NCBI GenBank assembly: GCA_963787255.1
Contig: CAWBCJ010000024.1
Coordinates: 1-17,274, forward strand
DNA length: 17,274 bases
DNA from: Methanobacteriota archaeon
GTDB lineage: Archaea > Methanobacteriota > Methanobacteria > Methanobacteriales > Methanobacteriaceae
Direction: 5' to 3'
Shown here: positions 11,548-17,274 of the stretch, one piece after another
Position numbering within the stretch: position 1 is the stretch's first letter
Layout: the number at the start of each line of letters is the position of its first letter
Program-made: the position numbers and the translations under genes
The notes under the pieces: model-generated
The model's database searches: none
The model's input: the letters and a program-made list of their open reading frames with translations, nothing else
Told to the model about the DNA's origin: nothing

Positions 11548-11683
11548 ATTATAATTATAAATCTATCATGGTTATACATATATAATTGTTTTTATTTTGC
11601 TAATCATAAAAACCAGTAATCAAAATTAATTTTTAACAAAACTTTGGTTGAACAATGTGTATTCTTTAGGATGACAAATAGAA
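11548..11683 (+). repeat. 136-bp direct repeat, copy 1 (upstream/promoter region of the HTH-CBS gene)
   Basis: Aligns without gaps to 15129-15264 (offset 3581) with 7 mismatches by manual count. The minus strand contains AAAAACAATTATATATG, a BRE/TATA-like element. Confidence 0.95.
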
Positions 11684-11776
11684 TTTTTAAAAATTGAAAA
11701 TTTGCATTGAATGTTTTAGTGTGGATGGTGAAGAGTAGCTCACTAAATTAAAATATTAAAATCACCTATTCTATTT

Positions 11777-12210
11777 CTAAATTTACAAGACTTCCAGAAT
11801 TTTTTTTATGCCTCTTTTGGTGGTCAGCACCCTGCCAAGCATGGTTCCTGTAGTGATGCCGAGAGAATTGCGAATAAATTAGCCCCTTGCATCTCATATC
11901 CCAGAAAGTATGATTTAGTAAGTATTGAAAATCAAGTACACTCCTAAAATTACTACACCGATTCTATCGATTCACCATCCACATTGTTAGTTTCTTCATC
12001 CCAACTCAGGCTATAAACGCGAGCGACTATGGTGCTTACCACTAAACCGATAATTATCCCAAGTAATGTTTCCCATTGAATGCTAAACGCGCCTCTTAAC
12101 ACCTCAAATATTATCACAACTAACAGGACAAGCATCACAAGTAGGTAGATTCTTAGCCGCGTAATAAGGCGCCGATCAATATTTTCTCTTTTTTCATTTT
12201 TTTTATCCAA
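11777..12210 (-). pseudogene. Decayed small multi-TM membrane protein gene
   Basis: ORF 11953..12210 continues through about three frameshifts as IDRIGVVILGVYLIF / LTKSYFLGYEMQGANLFAI / GITTGTMLGRVLTTKRGIKKILEVL*I*. Confidence 0.7.
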
Positions 12211-12334
12211 ACTTTCGCTTAAATTAATGAATCTAATTAAATATATGTGAGTTTATTATTTAATAATTTATGTATTATTCATTATTAAACATAAAAGAGC
12301 ATTTTAAGAATATAAAAACTTAATTTAAAAATAA

Positions 12335-12565
12335 TTAAGCATCTGCAGTTACTTTATCCAGCTTCTTTTTCATTTCTCTAAGCATTTCCTCCAATTCGTT
12401 AATTTTAGCATTATTCGCACCCTGATCACTTATTAACTCTTCACTACTCACTTCTCTTTTCTCAATTGTAACATATTCCATATACTTTAAATAAATTTTT
12501 AGTAATTCATCTGCATCTGCTAAAAAATAGGCATCTCTTACCCGATCCTTGTATTTGTGACTCAT
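12335..12565 (-). pseudogene. Tyrosine recombinase/integrase C-terminal remnant 1
   Basis: 52/76 aa identical to the C-terminus of 14501..14887. It retains (L)MSH and DAYF (catalytic Tyr) plus a coiled-coil tail; the HxxR motif and everything upstream are absent. Confidence 0.8.
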
Positions 12566-12886
12566 TAAATTTATTATTCAAAGCTGTAGACAGGGTCTCC
12601 AGGGGTATAGGTAAATAAAGATAAGCTTAGAATAATTTATTCTTGTGGTTAAGTATTTTATCCAAGTATATGAGTAATATTGGGCATTTTTTAAAGTTTA
12701 AAAGTTATAATGTCAATTTAATTTGCTTACTATTTTGGTTTATCCCTTTCTTTTTTTTATTATGTAAAAATAGCAAATGTTAATAGAAACTATCAACATA
12801 TCTAGAAGATTTTAATAATAAGTATCAACATAAAAGTACTATATTAGAAAAGACTTCAATTATAAAATTTAATTGGAGATTGAATC

Positions 12887-12973
12887 TTGAGAGAGTGTAA
12901 AAGGATTAAAATATTGGATGAATTGATGAAAAAAGATGTTATAACTGAATTTGAAACCCAAATGGACTATTAA
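12887..12973 (+). CDS. Small 28-aa ORF MRECKRIKILDELMKKDVITEFETQMDY directly upstream of the radical SAM gene
   Basis: TTG at 12887 with GGAGA at 12875-12879 (7-nt spacing); TAA at 12971-12973, 18 nt before the radical SAM ATG. It is below the ORF-track cutoff and may be a gene remnant. Confidence 0.4.
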   Translation: MRECKRIKILDELMKKDVITEFETQMDY

Positions 12974-12991
12974 AATGTAATGGTGGTTTGA

Positions 12992-14437
12992 ATGAATAAA
13001 AAAATTGATGTAATGCTTATAAATCCTTACGATGAGAATGCATTGAAAAATGCTCTTGGTTTTATAACTCCTCCTATGAATCTCATGTACCTGGCTTCAT
13101 CACTTGAGAAAGCTTCTTACTCTGTTAAAATAGTAGATGATGATCTGCTTCAGATAGGCTACGAAAAGGTGTCCTTGCTGGCAGAAAAGCTCAATCCACA
13201 AATAGTAGCTGTTACAGCTACCACATCTACGATAAAAAGTGCATTGAAATATGTAGAACTGATCAAAAACATTTTACCTGATTCTTTAACTGTAATAGGT
13301 GGCCCCCATACTACTTTCATGCCATTTGAAACCTTAAAGAGTTCTGAAGCTCTTGATGTGGTGGTTATGGGTGAGGGTGAGGAAACCATAGTGGATTTGG
13401 CCAACCACTTCACCGAAAATAAGGAACTTGGTGAGGTTAGTGGGATTGTTTACAGAGATTTAAAAAGTGGAAATTTAAAAGCAACCCCCAATCGTCCTTT
13501 GATAAATGATCTTGACTCATTACCTTTTCCGGCCAGATATCTGGTTCCATTTGAGTCATATGGTGCTTCTAAAGAGCAAACGGGAGGAATAATAACCAGC
13601 AGGGGTTGTGTGTATTCATGTAACTACTGTTCATCTTCACTTATCATGGGTAAAAAATTCCGATCACGCAGTCCAGACAATGTGGTGGACGAAATTGAGG
13701 AATTAATAGATAAATATCAAATAAGAGATATTGGCTTCATGGACGATACATTTATGCTCAATAAAAGAAGGGCTAATGATATTGCTGAGGAAATCAAATC
13801 CAGAGGTTTGGATTTGAGCTTTGTTGCATCTTCCCGTGTTGACAGGGTAGATCAGAGTCTACTTCAAAATCTTAAAAGTTCAGGAATGAAAACAATATAT
13901 TACGGTGTTGAATCAGGTTCACAGCGTATTTTAGACCTTATGAAAAAAAGCATTACTCTTAAAAACGCCGAAGATGCTGTTAAAAGTGCTAAAAATGTGG
14001 GTTTGGAAGTTTTAACTTCTTTTATTCTGGGTTATCCTGGAGAAACCGAAGAAGATATGAATAAGACCATAGATTTCTCAACAAAGCTTGATCCTGATTA
14101 CTGTCAGTATTCTATTTTAACACCATTTCCAGGAACACCCATCTATAATGAATTATTGGAGAAAGATTTAATAGATAATGATGATTGGGATGAATATAAT
14201 GTTCTTAAACCTGTTTTGAAGTACGATGAAATGGGTTTGAATAAGAATATGGTGGAAAGAAAATTGACAATGGCCTATTTGAAATTCTATGCAAGGCCGA
14301 AATATCTCCTGAACCATCGCCACATGTTTAAAGTCATGACAAAAACAGTTGTTCGAAGTTTTATACTCCCAAAACTCATGGGCAGTACGGGTAATGGTTG
14401 GTACCAGAATTTAGATAAAAATACTTCTTCAAAGTAG
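12992..14437 (+). CDS. Cobalamin-binding-domain radical SAM protein (class B methyltransferase/BchE-like)
   Basis: B12-binding N-domain ([27 protein letters not shown]), then [21 protein letters not shown] (CxxxCxxC at 13607-13630), [21 protein letters not shown] and LTPFPGT; GGTGGT RBS at 12982-12987. Confidence 0.93.
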   Translation: MNKKIDVMLINPYDENALKNALGFITPPMNLMYLASSLEKASYSVKIVDDDLLQIGYEKVSLLAEKLNPQIVAVTATTSTIKSALKYVELIKNILPDSLTVIGGPHTTFMPFETLKSSEALDVVVMGEGEETIVDLANHFTENKELGEVSGIVYRDLKSGNLKATPNRPLINDLDSLPFPARYLVPFESYGASKEQTGGIITSRGCVYSCNYCSSSLIMGKKFRSRSPDNVVDEIEELIDKYQIRDIGFMDDTFMLNKRRANDIAEEIKSRGLDLSFVASSRVDRVDQSLLQNLKSSGMKTIYYGVESGSQRILDLMKKSITLKNAEDAVKSAKNVGLEVLTSFILGYPGETEEDMNKTIDFSTKLDPDYCQYSILTPFPGTPIYNELLEKDLIDNDDWDEYNVLKPVLKYDEMGLNKNMVERKLTMAYLKFYARPKYLLNHRHMFKVMTKTVVRSFILPKLMGSTGNGWYQNLDKNTSSK

Positions 14438-14500
14438 ATTTAAATTCTTAATTATCAATATTTTTTTAGATCGCTTGGGATATTGGATTTCTCCGGCCAA

Positions 14501-14887
14501 TCATCCGGCTTCAACTACTTTATCTAATTTCTTCTTCATTTCCCTAAGCATATCTTCTAATTCATTTATTTTAGCATTGCTAACAACCTGATCAGTTAAA
14601 ATATCTTCACTACTCACTTCTCTCTTCTCAATACTAACATAATCCATATATTTCAAATAAACTTTAAGTAATTCTTGTGGATCTGCTAAGAAGTAAGCAT
14701 CTTGCACTTTATTGCTAATAACGTGTCCCATGAAATGTTCCCGTATCTCTTCTGGCATCCCTGCATTAATTAATTGTGTATTGAAGTATTTCCTCATCAT
14801 ATGTGAAGTTGCTTTCCTGAATCGTCCTCGTCCTTCATTTTTCCAGCCTAAATATTTGTTTAATTGGCGGTATGCTTTATTAAACAT
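14501..14887 (-). pseudogene. Tyrosine recombinase/integrase C-terminal remnant 2
   Basis: HMMRKYF (HxxR), HFMGH and DAYF (catalytic Tyr) in XerC/D-family order. Only 128 aa long, so the N-terminal domain and first catalytic Arg are missing. Confidence 0.85.
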
Positions 14888-14920
14888 AGTTTTTTATAGT
14901 TTATTTAGAAAAGAAGTTTT

Positions 14921-15082
14921 ATGGATATAATTTATTTAATATTTGGAATTGCAGTTATTGCAATTTTTCTATATTTATTTTATAATAGACAAAAATATGC
15001 AGAAATACTACCATTTCACAGGCTAATTCTTTGGCTTTTTGTTGGAATTACTTTAATCTTAGCTTCTTTTTACTATAAATAA
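14921..15082 (+). CDS. 53-aa two-TM small membrane protein MDIIYLIFGIAVIAIFLYLFYNRQKYAEILPFHRLILWLFVGITLILASFYYK
   Basis: Intact ATG..TAA frame read by hand; two hydrophobic stretches separated by a polar loop (NRQKYAE); TTTATA at 14893-14898 lies about 23 nt before the ATG. Confidence 0.65.
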   Translation: MDIIYLIFGIAVIAIFLYLFYNRQKYAEILPFHRLILWLFVGITLILASFYYK

Positions 15083-15128
15083 GTATAATATGCTTTATTT
15101 TTAAAAATAGCTTTGTGTGAGTCTTTAT

Positions 15129-15264
15129 ATTATAATTATAAATCTATCATGGTTATACATATATAATTGTTTTTATTTGGCTAATCATAAAAACCCATAA
15201 TCAAAATAAATCTTTAACAAAACTTTGGCTGAACAATGTGTATTCTTTAGGATGACAATTAGAA
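15129..15264 (+). repeat. 136-bp direct repeat, copy 2
   Basis: 129/136 identical to 11548-11683 in the same orientation. Confidence 0.95.
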
Positions 15265-15284
15265 ATTATTTGAGAATGATGATT

Positions 15285-15510
15285 TTATTTTTCATTTTTA
15301 TCAAATAACTCTAGTAATTGTTCAAAACATTCTATTGCAATCTGGGCATCCCTTTCAGAATCTTCCTGAATTTCCTTTCCATGTATAACATCGTTTCTTC
15401 TCATTCTTATTTTATAAATTAAACTTTTAATTTCTTTCTTACTCTTAAAGGGGACTATTTCGTGACATTTATTTAGTAATTGATTTATACTTGGAGGAAA
15501 ATTAGCTATT
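15285..15510 (-). pseudogene. HEPN-domain gene remnant
   Basis: 15285..15404 reads MRRNDVIHGKEIQEDSERDAQIAIECFEQLLELFDKNEK*, an RxxxxH motif followed by the typical terminal helix. Upstream pieces in other frames read IANFPPSINQLLNKMSRK and VPFKSKKEIKSLIYK. Confidence 0.6.
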
Positions 15511-15590
15511 ACATTGAAGAAACAGCCTTTTTCAAAGGATTCTTTTTAATTCAATAAATTAATCTTTATTTAAGACTTGGAGTTGATAAA

Positions 15591-15844
15591 ATGGTTAATA
15601 AAGAAGAAATATTAAAAAAAATTAATGAATAAAAGATACTAAAGTTGAAATAAATGAAATCGAAGTAAAGATTGAGAATATTGAAAATGAAATAGATGGA
15701 TTAAATATTTTGGATGAAAATGAAAAATATGAAGAATTATCCGAAATCCAAAATGATATGCTTCATCGTGTTAATGGGCTCAATGAAAGATTAAGAGGAC
15801 TGAATAAACTAATTGATTTAGAAAATCGTTTATATTTACATTAG
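15591..15844 (+). pseudogene. Acidic coiled-coil small protein (about 84 aa if repaired) with a 1-nt deletion near 15614-15630
   Basis: GGAG RBS at 15579-15582 and ATG at 15591 give MVNKEEILKKINE*. The shifted frame continues IKDTKVEINEIEVKIENIENEIDGL...RLYLH* with heptad periodicity. Confidence 0.6.
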
Positions 15845-15845
15845 T

Positions 15846-17063
15846 TTATCTTTGATTAGAATATTTTATGATTATTTGATTTGCTATTTTCATCAATAAA
15901 AGTTCTTTTCTTAATTCATTCTTATGCTCTTTTTTGAACGGCAAATACTTGGGTTCTTTAATTCCTTCCTTTCTATGGACTAAAAGCATTTCTAATTTTA
16001 TAAACTCTTAAAGCCAGTGATTCATAAAAATTATTATCATCAATCCTGTTAGCATTAGCAAAATCAACAATATGGTTTTCTAAGTAAGAATAATAATCTA
16101 AATCAAAATAATATAATTCAGTTTTTAATATATTTTTATCCAAAAACCTTCTAAAAACTAATTCTAGCAATTTTTTATCAGTTAAACTGTTTTTTAAAAT
16201 AATATCTTTAAATTCTTGTTCAGTAAAATTAAATTGGCTTTGAATTTCCAAGTTAATTTTTTTAATTTCGTCCTCGACTATTTTAAAAAAGTATTCAAAT
16301 ATGTGATAGATAAGAGAAATGATTCAAAAGGATCTTTTAGCATAATTGCTCGTTGATAGTAATCTAAGTGTTCTTCTCCAACGTTTAATTCCAGTATGTT
16401 TTTTTCTGGATAATAAAAAGATTTATTAGGATAAATTACATAATCCTTCTTAAAAATTGAATTCATGGATAATACTGCATTAAGACGATAAGCACAATTA
16501 AATAAATACGCTTTAGCCAACCTATCCATGTCATTTTGAGTTAAAATAAGAATTGATTTTATCTTTAATGATTTTAATTTAAAAACTTCTTCATTAAGTA
16601 TTCGAATTATCTCCCAAAAATCTACTGTTTTATTTTCATATTTAGATAATTTCGATATTAAATTAACATGAGCAGCTATATATAAAGAATTTAATGGATT
16701 GGATAAATATAGGAGTAATCAATATTCATTGCTTAAAGGGCTAACAGATAAGTTTACAGTTGTAGAATTTAATGGTCCTATTTTTAATGAAGGATGTGAG
16801 TCTACTTCTCTTATAACATGTTCATAATAAGATTTTATAGTAGAACCATAACTCTTTTTCTTAAAAAGTGAAGAATCTTTGAATTCAGTGCACTTATTTT
16901 TATTTAATAAATTTATAATTTCATTTGTTTCGATTTTTACTTTACATGAGCCTTCTTTTTTAAGGAGTTTTATTTCTAGAGTCCAAGTATCCGTAGTTTT
17001 ATCAATGTCAAAACTTCCAAAAATCCCTTTAAGATTGTCTTCTGTAAGAAGTGTGCCATTCAT
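15846..17063 (-). pseudogene. About 405-aa protein with a C-terminal HEPN domain (ApeA-like architecture), broken by three lesions
   Basis: ORFs 16719..17063 and 16278..16529 share a frame, separated by one TGA (16719-16721). A frameshift near 16305-16312 restores YHIFEYFFKIVEDEIKKINLEIQ into 15973..16251. A frameshift in the T4 run at 15982-15985 (minus strand) restores VYKIRNALVHRKEG...YLPF...LRKELLLMKIANQIII. Confidence 0.8.
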
Positions 17064-17274
17064 TATTTCTTCCCCTTCGTAAGTATCTAAATATAGTTCC
17101 CTATAAAGTTATGATGATTTTAATTTTGTTACCATGTTTAAAATAATGGCTTGTTTAATCTTTATAGCGCACTATTACAAATTTCTAAAAATACAACTTC
17201 AATAAGAGTTATTAATGACTTTATGCTACCTATAACATAGTAAATTTAATGAAGAAAATTTCAATAAAATTCTT

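Noticed and set aside
12629-12643. Palindrome AGAATAA-T-TTATTCT
   Set aside because: It is short, almost all A/T and expected by chance at this composition; nothing else supports a function.
12335-14887. SSV-type integrase split into int(N)/int(C) by integration
   Set aside because: Both pieces are overlapping C-terminal parts with different breakpoints, and no N-terminal piece or tRNA target is visible in the window.
14920-14947. dif/Xer-like site TATGGATATAA-N6-TAATATTTGGA next to the integrase remnant
   Set aside because: The right arm is a poor inverted match, and the sequence is explained as the first codons of the 53-aa ORF.
11548-15264. The 136-bp repeat as a CRISPR array, tRNA or structured ncRNA
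   Set aside because: There are only two copies 3.6 kb apart, with no repeat-spacer periodicity, no cloverleaf and no convincing C/D boxes.
16719-16721. In-frame TGA as selenocysteine or programmed readthrough
   Set aside because: The same gene has two additional frameshifts, the context is not a redox motif, and Sec use is not known in Methanobacteriales. A nonsense mutation is simpler.

Overview
AT-rich archaeal DNA, most likely from a Methanobacterium-like methanogen (archaeal-type RibC, deoxyhypusine synthase, REC-PAS-HisKA_2 kinase, GGTGA/GGAG ribosome-binding sites, TATA boxes). The left two-thirds (1-11514) is mostly housekeeping: acyltransferase 3' end, a frameshifted HEAT-repeat gene, a CMD-family protein, a hybrid histidine kinase, ribC, cbiO, cbiQ, an in-frame cbiM-cbiN fusion, pyrF, a membrane protein, dys and an HTH-CBS regulator. 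From about 11548 the window becomes an accessory region. A 136-bp direct repeat (129/136 identical; 11548-11683 and 15129-15264) brackets a 3.58-kb module. The module holds a decayed membrane-protein gene, two related tyrosine-integrase C-terminal remnants, an intact B12-binding radical SAM gene preceded by an uncalled 28-aa ORF, and an uncalled 53-aa two-TM ORF. Beyond the second repeat lie two broken HEPN (RxxxxH) genes and a broken coiled-coil gene, which look like a decaying defence or mobile-element region. All calls come from manual reading; no database searches were run.
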